Positions 13,595 through 25,617 of a DNA stretch of 64,000 bases are shown one piece after another. The notes beneath the pieces are model-generated. The model was not told where the DNA came from, ran no database searches, and saw only the letters and a list, made by a program, of their open reading frames with translations. A program made the translations under genes and the position numbers. Position 1 is the first letter of the stretch; every line of letters starts with the position of its first letter. This stretch comes from Vairimorpha necatrix (taxonomy: Eukaryota), in contig CP142729.1 of the NCBI GenBank assembly GCA_036630325.1, forward strand, positions 930,001 through 994,000, in the 5' to 3' direction.

Positions 13595-14345
13595 GGTAAC
13601 CTTAGCCCAGTGGTCGATGGCGATGCTTGAATAGAGCATGGCTTGATTTGATACTTATGGGCACCAAAACGATTCTCTTTCTATGATGCAATGGAAAAAC
13701 TCAGACGATGTAAATGCCAACGATGAAAATAAGTTGATTCATGTGACTTAGTGTGTCCAGCCACAAAGGGATTAGCATCTAGTGTATAAACGCACTTCAA
13801 AGCCTAAAAACAGAAATCCACCACATGTGTTGACTTAATGATACATAAAAGTATCTAATGGGTACGGCATAGTTAAGGGCTATGGTTTGTGCACTCTAGA
13901 GTAAGATCCTAGAGCTAACTAAGAGACTAGACGAAGTAAGGCATAGAAGGGTTTGTAGTTTCCTATACTAATATTTTGAAGCACGGTGGCCGTAACTAGT
14001 GTACGTTTCGAATCAAAGAAGCCCAATAAAAAATGCTAAGCTATTGATGTGGCGGTGTAAGCAGTCGTATATGCGATACAGATGATTGTAGAGACCATTG
14101 AGATAGTACAATGATGTCTCTTCTCAAGATTTTAAACTCATGGCCGTTAAGTAGATCTGCTGCGAAATCGTTTTGACGAAATTTATGGCGATATTTAAAA
14201 TGTTCTCTTGGTTTAAAATCCATGAAAACGGAGTAGCATCCTGCACTGATGTCTTTTATGATAAATTATTTTTAGTAAGAATTCAACTGAATCTGTTGAA
14301 TAAGGACCACACCCAAATACTTAAACCCCTATCCTTACTTGCAAA
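13595..14345 (+). ncRNA. tRNA-headed structured RNA module, copy C1 (unidentified family)
   Basis: 13595-13666 folds as a degenerate tRNA (GGTAACC...GGGCACC-A, D-loop AGTGG, ATGCT/AGCAT stem). The body has multiple stops in the frames read and hairpins shared with four other copies. Confidence 0.6.
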
Positions 14346-15057
14346 GTCAAAAAAAATTAACAAATATTAATACGAAGAAAGATTAAATTTTAATTCTACC
14401 TAAGAACCGAATTGATCTATACTTATATTAATAAAAATGTAACGTGCTTGAAACATTGGTCCAAGATATAAAAAAAACGCCTATTCGTAACTATACTCGT
14501 AACTCTGGATATTTGAGGTCAAAAAAAAAGAATTAGTTTAAATTTCAACAGATTAATTAGTTTAATTTTTTAATCTAAAAATTCCCAATCGACTTTTTAA
14601 ACCCTCATAATAAAAGGATTTTATTAAAAATTTACATTACTGAAAATGAGTTTTATGTTTATTTGTTTATATGTTTTAAAGAGTTGTACTTTGACGGGAA
14701 AAGTTTAAAATATGAATGTTTGATTTTTACAAAAAGAAATACAATATGAATAGATGTAAATTGAGGGATGAATTTTTGATAAAATTCAAAAAATATGTGT
14801 TAAACAATTTCAAATCGATTTTAAAATACTTGATTTTTTTATATCGATAAATGTTCCCAAAATCAATAGGGTTTTCTCATGTATCTTTCAATTGGATAGA
14901 CTAGCGTCTTGTTGAATATATACAAAAAATGCGTAGAATTCTACTTTGTCTCTATTATATGATTTAATCGACATCTTTAAGTGATTTTTGAACTAAAGAG
15001 TTATATTATTTATCTGTCAAACACATTCATGGATTTTTTAAAAAACATTTTATTTTA

Positions 15058-16560
15058 ACCCCCGCTTTTCGATTGGAAAAGGACAAAATAAAATTATTGC
15101 TATAAATTTAAAACATAGACTATCAACCATAGTATTGGTTAATAAGTACCAAATATTCATAAAGACTCCTTTAGGACCGGCCTTCTATTTTGAAGGAAGT
15201 CAATTACTCACAAATGGAAGTGGCACTCTAAAAAAAGTAAGAAGGTTCGAAGCCATAAAAATAAGATATATCTTAACATACGGGAGTCCACTAAATGTTG
15301 TAATGAAGCATTATTGGTCAATCCCAAGAACATAAATCCTCTCTACGTTCTTGGGAAATGCTTCTTGCAACAGGACAATTTAGAATTAACAAAAGAGATA
15401 GTAGATAAAATTAGATCCGTGGACCCGAAACAAATATGTGCCACTATTTTAGAAGGGCATATTTTGTAAAAGACGGGTCAGGACGTAGAAGCCTACGATA
15501 ATTTTTTATCATATTTGAATACATCGTCGTGTGATGTATTCCTCTTCTACGGTCTAGATTAATTTACGATCTTTTAAAAAACTTTTTTTTGTCCTGGAGT
15601 GGTTTACCCTGGTCCTATCTGCTGACGTGAAACTTCCGAAAGTACTCGAAATTATGTACAGAATAGGGATCTGTTACAAAAGAGGGGAAATTCACAGATG
15701 CGCTTTGAGTTTTCAAATTTATAGAATCGTTCGTAAAGTTTGATTTATTTAACGACGATGTCAACCTTCAGATTGCGCATATTATGAGATCGCCGAGAAC
15801 ACAGAAATGTGTTCCAAGATCTCGTAAAAAATAAATGTTACCAGCAATCAGAATATTCTTGCTACTAGATCGCACAAGTGGCACAATATTAAAGAAAAAA
15901 TCCCGAAGCAATATAATTTATTTTTGAGCTATTATTGTTATTTTTCTCTAATTTGCTTCAACATCCGCGCACTCTATCTGGCCACACCACCCTCTAGCTT
16001 ATCTACTATGTTTTTAGTTCGAGATCCTCCTTCGCCGAGTCCCTGCCGGTGCTTAAAGCAGATGCTCTTTAGTGTCTTATTTATAAATCTCATTTGGATG
16101 CAAGCTTCGGTACTATTTGATAGGCCGATGACATGTATATAATTGCTATGGTATTTTGTCATAATTGCGGCCCATGTTGTGACGTATGGTAAAAAACTGA
16201 CGCAATAAAAAATATTTACAAATGTAATAACGAGCCAGTTTCCATCTAACTCTCCTTTAAGATTGTTTTGAAGAATTTAAGTATTGCAATTGTGATCTCT
16301 AAAACGAAGTTTTTGATCCACATATACTTTACATTGTAGTAAGAGTTATGGCTGAAGAAGTTTAGTATGAAGAAGCGCGTAATATTTATTTGCTCTGTTT
16401 TGACCTAGATCCCGCTTTGTATTTATCTTACAATTTGACAGATGGTCTGAAGAATTTTGAAATAAACAGCTATGAACTAGCTCAAAAACTGTTTTAACTG
16501 GACCTTATTAAAAAGATAACTGTAAAGAGACTCTTAATAAAAAAATGTAGATTATATAAT
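15058..16560 (+). pseudogene. TPR-repeat protein pseudogene, Ssn6/Cyc8-like, copy T1
   Basis: Fragments EALLVNPKNINPLYVLGKCF, EIMYRIGICYK and VNLQIAHI resemble Cyc8/Ssn6/UTX-type TPRs; stops, frameshifts and a retro-insertion. Confidence 0.7.
15901..16197 (-). mobile_element. 5'-truncated non-LTR retrotransposon (RLE type) 3' fragment inserted in T1
   Basis: Reads PYVTTWAAIMTKYH...EACIQMRFINKTLKSICF, an RLE C-terminus pattern; absent from TPR copy T2 at ~35790. Confidence 0.7.
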
Positions 16561-16600
16561 TTCAAAAAAAAAATCGTTTTTTAATGGTAATACTTCTAAA

Positions 16601-17362
16601 GGTGCGCTTAGGCCAGAGGTATAATGTGATGCTTCAATTGAGCAATAGCTGCTCGAATGAAAGAAGCACCAAAATTGTTTCGATTTTCTATGATGCAGTT
16701 GAAACAACTCAGACAATGAAAATGTTTACGATAATCATTAAGTTGATTCAATGAAAATCATGTGTGTCTAACCACAAAGGGAATTAGCATATAGAGTAGA
16801 ACCGCAGTTCAAGGCCAGAAACATATCACTTTCGTGGCGACCAAATGATACATAAAAATATCTGTTGGGTACGGCCTACTTGGAGCCTATGGCTGGTACA
16901 CTCTAGGGTGCAATTCAAGAGCTAACTAAGATGTTGGTCGACGAGGAAATAAAGGGTCTCGTGGATCATATTCCGCAAGATTTTGTAACACCTTGGCTGA
17001 AACTAGTGGAAGCCGGTGGTCGATGTAGCACAATAAAAAATGTTGGGCTTTTGATGTGGCGAATCAAGGAGCCGTGTGTGCATATAGATAAAGTAGACCT
17101 TTAGGCTAATATGATGATGTCTTTTTTCGGGGAATGGTATTAAAACAATGTCGATTAAGTATATCTGTTATGAGTTCACTGTTGACGCGATTTAGGGCAT
17201 AGATGGTGTAATATTTTTTGAGATAAAGTTTACTGTACATGCCGGACCTTGCCTCTTGGCAAGTAATATGGTGTAAGTTTTTGTGAAAAAGACTTCAAAG
17301 TATCAGTTGGTCCAATATAAGATAACAAAATAGCTTGGCCTGGTCCTTAAGTTAGTTATCCT
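16601..17362 (+). ncRNA. tRNA-headed structured RNA module, copy C2
   Basis: GGTGC...GCACC-A acceptor (16601-16671), GCTCGAAT T-loop-like motif; body collinear with C1 but strongly diverged. Confidence 0.55.
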
Positions 17363-19374
17363 GGCGCTACATAAAAATTCGTACCCCCCCCTAAAAAAAT
17401 TACATTGACCAATTAAATTTATATAAAAAAAATATTTTTAACCCTTAAAATTATATTTAAAACAATATTTTTAAAATAGTAATTTACAAAAGTTAAAATA
17501 TTTAAAAAAACAGTTTAAACATATTATTAAGTTCAAAAATTTAATTACTTTAACATAGAAAAAATATCAATTATTTTTACGCAGGCCAATTTGACTGTAA
17601 ATGGTTTGAATATTCTATATTTTCTTTTTTCCATTTAAACTCATCTAACCAACATTTAAGGTACCCGGGGGTTCGTCCCGGTTTTAGGGGTTAAAAAAAT
17701 ATAAAAAACGAACTTTTATATTTTTTTAATTTTTACCCCTATGACCGGAACAAAAAGGATAATCAAAAGCAACAGAAATATGGATCAAATTATAGATGAA
17801 AATCAATATATTTACGAGAAAAAAAGAATCAAAAACACTACTATAAAGTGGCGATGCATTGTACGAAGCTGTAATGCCAAAGCCACTAGTGGTATTGTTT
17901 ACTTCAATAATCTCGAATCCTTTACTATTTCTTCGGCTCATAATCATGAACCAAATCCTGAACTGGTCTGTAAGAAGAATAAAATAGATAAAATGAAACG
18001 GGAAATTATCTCTTCAAAGATTCTCTTAGAAACATTTTTTTTTCTGACTTCTGAGGAGCTGGGGAAGAAACAATCCCGCAATGGGCCCTATTGAGCCTAT
18101 TACAAGGATATTAAGGAATGCTCGGATGAATTCCTTTAATCCAAAACCATACGCCAACCAAAAATTGGGTTTATGTGCTGATTTATTAATCAGTCATACA
18201 GGCGAACAATGGTATCGATATGTGCCTGAAAATTACGGGAGTGACGAACCCAATGACAGTATAATTATTATTTATACAGATTCGGCCATAAAAATAGGCT
18301 CTATATGACATGTGGGCGATGGATGGGACCTTTACGGTGGTTCCAATTCCCTATTTCCAATTTTACACAATTAGTTTTATCCGTAATGCGCATGTATTCC
18401 CGATAATATTTGCAATTTTGAAAGATAAAAGTTTTGAAACCTATTGTTTTTTGTTTTAAATGTTAAAGAAAAGGTTTCCAGAGCTCAACCCAGGGTTGAT
18501 AAAAACTGATTGAAGAAGGCTGCGCTAAGAGCATTTTCTAGATTTTTCCTGGATTGTCAAATTTCAGGTTGTCTTTTTCACTTAGTTCAGGCTATTGATA
18601 GGCGTGTTAAAAGTTCAGGACTTTCTTCTGTTTACACATGTTCACCTATGGTGAAAAAGTTTGTTTTGTCTCTTACGGCACTTGCATATGTTGAATATGA
18701 CGAAATATTGTCTACTTTTTTGGAACTAAAACAAGACAGAAATTTTACGGAATGCTTGATTAAGTTATATTCCTATTTCTTTACAAATTATATTGATTTA
18801 GGATGCCGATTTCGGCCAAATTAGTAACACGCGCGAATAAAATGGATATATATTTTCCATGAAGGAATAATGCAATTGAAGGTTGGTATAATACCTTTAA
18901 AACCACATTTGGTACTAGTCGCTACAGTTTTTATCAATTAGTGAGCAAGTTAAAGGATGAAGAAGATATAGTTAGATTCAAGATATTCCATCAAACAGTT
19001 TTAAATCATGTTTTTGAACGTAAACAAGAATACATTGATAAAAAGATTTAAATAGCTAATTTTTTGAATAAAACTGTGGATGAAGGGTATGGTGCATATT
19101 TTGTCTTTGAAATTATTAAAGTTTCATTTTTATTTTTTTTTCTGAAAGTTTGTCCCGGTCACCGTTTTTTAAATACTTTTTGTAGCCAATTAAATCTGTC
19201 CATTTGTAAAAAGATGATTATCAGTATTTGATCGGCCAATCTGAAATCATTCAATTATGATAATCATACGCTCTCTTTCATTATAATTTATGAACTTTGT
19301 AGGTTATATTAAATAATAAATCTATTGTAGATAATTTTTTTTATGGAGGGGTGGGAGTAAAATGAAGTAGCGCC
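17363..19374 (+). mobile_element. Mutator/MULE-type transposon (FLYWCH-like + MULE domain), frameshifted
   Basis: WRC...CNA...HNH zinc finger, WAMDGTF, GCLFHLVQA, NNAIEGW. Imperfect TIRs GGCGCTAC...C-run/A-run at both ends; no TSD seen. Confidence 0.85.
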
Positions 19375-20254
19375 GAAATATTAATTTTCAAAGTTTTATT
19401 AATTCATTACGCGGCCCTAAATAAACGATAAACAATTTATTTATAAACTTAAAATTGACATCTGTCAAATACTCTGGCAATTATTGGATGACCATTTTAG
19501 ACTAAATTTACGTGGATACCTTTATTTCGAATTATCAGACTAAAAGTAACGGAAACCGACTTGTTGATGTTAAACAATAGGCAGCAAAAAAAGAAAATAA
19601 ATATCTATTCATAAATTAGTTCTATTAATTTATCTATTATACAATAGATTGTACATACGGGTTGCATTATGATGTGTGATATAATTTTGAACCTAATAGC
19701 CGCTTTAGAAACATGTATAGTTGTTTTGTATAGATTTTAACCATTATATATGATCATATTCTAAAAAAAATAACATAAAACCATTGTACTACTTCATTTC
19801 TTGTTTGACTTCTTTATCGTAATATTTAATATATGAATCTAAAATTTTTGTTATAGTTTAATTTGATCATGAATTATTAATTTTTTTAGTAATCATAATA
19901 CAAATTTTGTTCAATATATTGTGGTATTATGATTACCGCAAACCATTTGGTATAGTTCGGAGCAATATCCCGTTCACGGAAATATTCAAGGGTAAAAATT
20001 AAAAAAAACATTATACTGATTGGTGAATCAGAAAATAGAACAAATAAATGATCCCTTTAATGACTGCCCAAATTTTGTCTCAATCTTTTTAGAGGTAAAT
20101 CTTGAGACAATAAAATGAAAAACGAGAAAGTAACAAGGTTTTAAGTACTTTACCAAGCAACCTTAGACCTCTTCTACTTTAATCTTGTAAAATTATTACA
20201 TTATCATCTTCTTTGCATAATTTTACTACAAAATATATATCTATTTTTTAAAGC

Positions 20255-20550
20255 AATTATTAGTTTATTTTTTTCAATTTATCTTTAATGCCGCGCACTC
20301 TATCTTGTCACACCACTTCAAACTATCTCTACTATGTTCTTTGTTTCATATTCTCACTTGGCAAGTCTCTACCATGATTAAAAGTTAATGCTCTCTGATG
20401 TCTTCTTTATAACTCTCATTTGATTGTGCTCTTTGTTACTTGTTGATAGAGCGATGGTATTAACATAATTGCTGTGATAATCGTCACAATTCCCTTTCAT
20501 GTCATGACATAGGGTATAAATCAAACTTGCATTTGTACATTGGGCCCATT
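20255..20550 (-). mobile_element. Non-LTR (RLE) retrotransposon 3' fragment, solo copy
   Basis: Homologous to 15901-16197; reads MYKC.../FIPYVMT*KGIV; may extend to ~20680. Confidence 0.65.
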
Positions 20551-21039
20551 TTTTTTAATATACTGCAGTGTGGAAGTTACAACATGAACTTCTGCAACTG
20601 TAAGTTTAAAAAGATAATGTCTTATAATATTAACGTTGTTGTACAAATAAGGTCTAATAAGTACTTCCTCTTAAATTTTAGATTTTAGAAATCATTTCTT
20701 CGCATACTTATATGTATCATTTTTCTGTAGCAGTTCGTGTATGAATTCTCTATGCATGATGTCAAATTTAATTTAAAAAAGGTCTGTGCAATTAAAAGCA
20801 TATATATGTATTTTATATAGAACATCTGAGTTACCTTCTTCAGCTAGTTTTTCGTTCTCACGTTCTTGTTTACGATTTTCGCTATTAATCAGATCTAGAA
20901 TACCCGTGATTCAGACTCGTCCATTTTGTTCCTATAAACTATCAAACATTAAAGAGAATGATGTCGGATTTGTAGTAGAGTGTCATAAATTATTATTTGA
21001 CTAGGTAACTTCTTAACGTACCTTAGTACTTTGGCCTAA

Positions 21040-21830
21040 AATATTTCCCCTCCCCTAAGAGTAGATACAATCATCCCCCTATTGTTAATTCATAGTTCTT
21101 TCCCTTCTTGTATTTTTGGACATGTTCATCTGCCACTTAAGTGTCTTATTTTATATTTCTGATAAAACAACGTGTACTTAATATATAGATTCTCTGTCGT
21201 TGTCAGAATAAAGTATATCACAAGGACTAAATGTGTTTACAATGTTTCGAAGGCGTTCCACATCAATACCTATTTTATTAAACAGTAGTACACCCAATAA
21301 AATTTGATAAAAGAATCTATAATCTTCAAACCCTTTATAATTCTTCATTTAGATCGTGATTTAGTCAAGGATTTATCAAGTCTGCAGCATATCTTTCATT
21401 TGCATATTTCTACAACTGGTTTAGTTACTAGATTTCTCTTCGATTGACATATATCACAGCTATTCAATACCCTCTGATATCTTTTTTGGTTTCGTTGTAG
21501 AATTTTATTTGCAATAATGGAAACAATCTGTTTCGTCTCTAATGCCCAGTTAGATGTGGTTTGATAATATATAATCAGTTTTGAAGCGGTGCTCGTTGGT
21601 GGTATAAATTCTAAACGATCTATATATACTTATTTTAAATCTCACCTTGGGCTTTGTAATTCGATTATTATAATCCACAAATAGGATTTTTTTGCTTTGC
21701 CTTAAAACCGCTCTTTCATGTTTTTTACCAAACTTCTTAGAACAGTTCATTCTGTAAATAGACAAATACTTAATGGCTTTCACTGTTATTCAATTTTATT
21801 ATACACCTTGAAATTTAAAGATTTTTTATA
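21040..21830 (-). pseudogene. Highly decayed LTR-retrotransposon RH/integrase remnant
   Basis: LFNKIGIDV-like integrase fragment and PPT-like AGGGGAGGGG at ~21046-21056; no LTR pair found. Confidence 0.35.
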
Positions 21831-23923
21831 TGCAAATTTCAAGTAAATACTACGATTTTTTGAAATATTTTTTACCCTTTTCATACGTTTTTCAACGGGA
21901 TACGCTCCTAACGGATATATTTTTTGCCCTTTCTATATAAGAAGTTTTATAGGGAACCCCTTTAAACGATGACACAAATTATTTTTTATGTTTATTTTTT
22001 TGAAAATAGATCATTGACCAATCTATTCCAAAAATTATTTATTATTTTAATTTTAAGGCATATAAAACTGAAATAGAGACATAAGAAGAAAAAATGCCAA
22101 ATAATATAAATTTAAATAATTTTTTACACCCCATAACAATTCAATATGAGAGAACATAACAGAAACATTTGTAACTATTACCACTGGGATACCCCACCAA
22201 AGAATAGCAGGACTCTATGGTAGATTCATTGCCTCACTTATATGGCGCGTAGCCATTACATATAAATAAAACAATTTAATTTCATTGATTTTTATTTGCT
22301 CAGGGATAGCTCCTCTGGATTTCGTCGTATATTTCCATTGTATTTTATGAAGAGCATTATGCATGATCATTTTTTTATAGTGTAGAATTTCTCTTTAATA
22401 CTCTCCCTCATAAAAATACAGATTTATACATTTATATCGATTTCTTTAAAAAGAAAACCTTACGAGAAGTATTAAAACGTATCTTATCAAATTCTGCCTT
22501 GAAAACAAATTGTGTTTTTGTGTATATAAATTATAAGCCCACTTCTATTCATTATGAAGAGATTTATGTCTAAATACAACCAGTTTTACCTCCACCCACC
22601 AAAAAAAGAGAAGAAGCAGAAGAATGATTACATACCCACATTAGATCATATATTATTTGTATAATTAAATTGACATCATAGAATCATTTGAAACTGATTA
22701 ACAATGACTATTCTAATATTATTTTTAATTCTGAAAACTGCGAGGCACTTTAGAGAAAGAAAGCATATGCTATTAAATTGAGGACATATTGTGATGTGCT
22801 TTACACAACATAATTATTTATCTTTACCTTAACCTAAAATTGTCTAATAATGATACTTAAACAAAATCAATCTATACAATATTAGGAATATAATTATCAT
22901 AAAACGTAAAGATCAAGGAAACACCATAAATATCTGTTAATATATTATACATACTAATCGATAAAAAAGTAGAACAATTCAAATGAATATAATTTTAGTT
23001 TCAACTAAAACCTTTGCCGCCACTATTTTCAAAAAAAAAGCGTTAATATTTCTAAAATTTGAGTATATATGTTGAAAGAATAGTATACAGATAATTTTTC
23101 GATTTTTTACATTAAATAAATGCATGAATATTAAATCAAAGAATTATTACATATTTAAATAATGTATAATGTTTTTTGATTTGCTACATATTTTGAACTT
23201 TTTATATTGATATTGTTATTTTTATTGTCTGTTAATGCGTTGCTGTGTATTTTTTCATTAAATTGAACAGTTATACTTGTGATTGTTGTTATTTGAACCT
23301 GATAAAAAATAACACAACCCCGATGACTTTGATACAAAAAACCTTATTCAAGTTTATAAATTCGTTAAAACATCACATTAAACAAAGTGATAATATTTAA
23401 GTCTTGGAGTTTAGAGAAATCACAATAAAATTATGATGAATTTATTGTTTACTGGCTTGCACCTTTTTTATAACATTTGACATGTTGATGCTTTTTAAAA
23501 ACAATATAAAAAGTACGAAACATATAGTTTGTTTTTGTATGTATTTTGTCGTTAAAAATATGTTTCTATATATTAGTTACGATTATATAGTTAAATTTCT
23601 CGAGCTATACATATTACCTCGGAAGTTAAATAATGTAATGCTTTTTTTTAAAAGTACTATCATAATTTGAAGAATTGCTACGAAGTTTGTATTGTTAATT
23701 TTTTTTACAAACAAACAAAATTAATATATTTATATGATAAATCATTAAACAACGATCAGAAAAACAAACATATTGTTAATATAAACAATTTAAAAATTTA
23801 AATATTAATTAATTAAATTCAAAAAATTAGTTATTTTAACATAAAGAGTAATTATTTAATTAACAATTTTGTTTAATCTGATTTTTTTTAATGATAATTT
23901 AGTATTTAAATTCATTTTTATTA

Positions 23924-24271
23924 ATGGGTATGAAATATTCAAAAAACGAAGATGAAAAATATGTAGAAGCTTTGTTTGGTCTGTTGAGGATGCGTAGGGA
24001 TAAAAAAGTTTATCCTAAAAAACTGTATTTTACACGAATGCAACTTTTTGTTTTGAAAAAAATTTTTAGGTTGTCGGTTTATCCTTCTAAGGATTTAAAA
24101 AATGACATCGCATCGATACTAAATTTAAGCACTTGTTCGATTGATGACTGGTTTGTAAATGAGCGAAAATTGAGTTTACGACCTTCTACAACGAATAAAT
24201 TATATGCAGTAGTTACGCCCAGGAAACTACTTCAAATATACAATGATGCATTGTATATTTATTTGCAATAG
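23924..24271 (+). CDS. Homeodomain protein (115 aa)
   Basis: FTRMQLFVLKKIF...YPS...IASILNL...IDDWFVNER fits homeodomain helices including WFxNxR; intact ORF. Confidence 0.85.
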   Translation: MGMKYSKNEDEKYVEALFGLLRMRRDKKVYPKKLYFTRMQLFVLKKIFRLSVYPSKDLKNDIASILNLSTCSIDDWFVNERKLSLRPSTTNKLYAVVTPRKLLQIYNDALYIYLQ

Positions 24272-24774
24272 AACGTAAGAATTTTGCTAGTATACATAAA
24301 CTTTTTTTCCGATCTGAAATCTTCATATAATCTTTTTGCACCTTTCATAAAAAAATAAATCCTTTGTTTGTGTTTACTTTAAAGCATCCTTTATATTGCA
24401 TAACACAAAAATAAAAAAAAATGTAAATAATTTATAAAAGCCAATAGGGACTGAAGATTTTCCATAAGTCCAAGAAGAATGTTTTGAACTAATGTTTTTA
24501 TTATTCTTCAAACTCTTCTGGGTATGATTTTCTTTTATATTTATAGGCGGGAAAATATTATATATTTTCCCTCCATAAACATAGTTGGGAGAAGGAAAAG
24601 AATACTTATAGAATCGTATTCTCTGAGCTTTAGGTCAGTCTCAGGACCTATAAAGATCTGTTCACTTGGTAGCCAATTTAGCCAGATGTTTTTTATTTTA
24701 ATTTTTTTAGTAATGTTATATTATGTAAAATGTTTTTTATAAGGAATTTATATCAATTCTATAAACTAAGCGAT

Positions 24775-25580
24775 AGATATTATGCGACTGTATTTGTATT
24801 ATGCCCTTAGATCATAGTGCTTCATTTATTAGTCACACATTATTGAATTCTATTAATTAGGATGCATCGAAATCATACAATAATATTGCAAGCATATCAA
24901 TCTTATTACATGTATTTTTCAAAACAAACTTTTGTTTTGCAGCTTATAAATATTTGATGCCAACAAACATTTGACGATCTCAATTTTATGATTTGAATTA
25001 CTGTTAAAATAGTAATCGCACCACCATGGCGTACACACGAGTCACCGATGGTATCTGTTATTGTTTTTAAGGTAAGGTTTCGTCGATGTTTCTCAAAATT
25101 ATTAAAATAGCTTTTGACCTAACCAGCTGTGCCATATTTGAACAAATAAAATTTAATTTAATTAATTTAATTATTTTTTTGTTTGCGTCGCATTAGATAT
25201 TCCTATTAGAGAGGTTTTCTGGATATAGAAAATTTTTTATTCTCGAGTTTGAAAGAATCGTTGATTAATACTTTGTCTCATGATGTCGTGATGTCATGAC
25301 GAAGATTGGCTCGGTCGAATAATGTATTTTCAAAAAAATAAAAAAACAGTTACATTTTCAATAGCGCAGATTTTAACATATTTTTTTATAGTTTTTTCTA
25401 TTTTAAAGTTGATATAAAAATAATATATATTATAAGTAGTTTTATTAAGTCTAAACTTGATACCGCATTTATCGGGCGTTCACTTTCGAAATCATTTGAT
25501 AATGGTTTAATCAATTTATCTACAACACAAATACTTCTATATTATACTTTCTTGTGCGCTCTTATCTGGAAAGCTCTACA
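24775..25580. repeat. Diverged dispersed repeat, direct copy at ~63140-64000
   Basis: Shared blocks TTAGATCATAGT...TTATTAGTC.CACATTATTGAA, TCTCATGAT, GGTCGAATAAT and ATTATACTTTCTTGTGC. Confidence 0.75.
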
Positions 25581-25617
25581 CTATTTCTGACTATAAAAAG
25601 ACTCAGTTCCTTAAATT

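Larger units (their letters stand above)
811..17360 (+). repeat. Left arm of large inverted segmental duplication
   Basis: Reverse complement of ~40870-61264. ORF-track proteins recur near-identically on the opposite strand (1055 vs 60598, 5153 vs 53997, 10214 vs 48949). The inner part (>13.3 kb) is visibly more diverged. Confidence 0.95.

Noticed and set aside
13595-13666. Calling the heads functional tRNA genes (AAT-centred loop in three copies)
   Set aside because: Acceptor or T stems are mismatched, U33 is missing in some copies and the loop differs between copies; reported only as tRNA-like.
13760-13790. U6-like ACAAAGGGATTAGCAT
   Set aside because: The ACAGAGA box is imperfect and the U6 internal stem-loop does not follow.
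13912-13925. Telomerase-template-like CTAACTAA and group I R-like AGAGACTAGA
   Set aside because: Not conserved across copies; no group I S element found.
15901-16197. Idea that all non-LTR fragments share one 5' truncation point (defined short element)
   Set aside because: The solo copy at ~20.5 kb extends further upstream (MYKC...); the other two are the same insertion duplicated.
19940-19995. Possible tRNA remnant TGGTATAGTTCGG...TTCACGG
   Set aside because: No acceptor stem or T arm can be formed.
20075-20110. TTGTCTCAA...TTGAGACAA inverted repeat
   Set aside because: Single short stem with no second copy or context.
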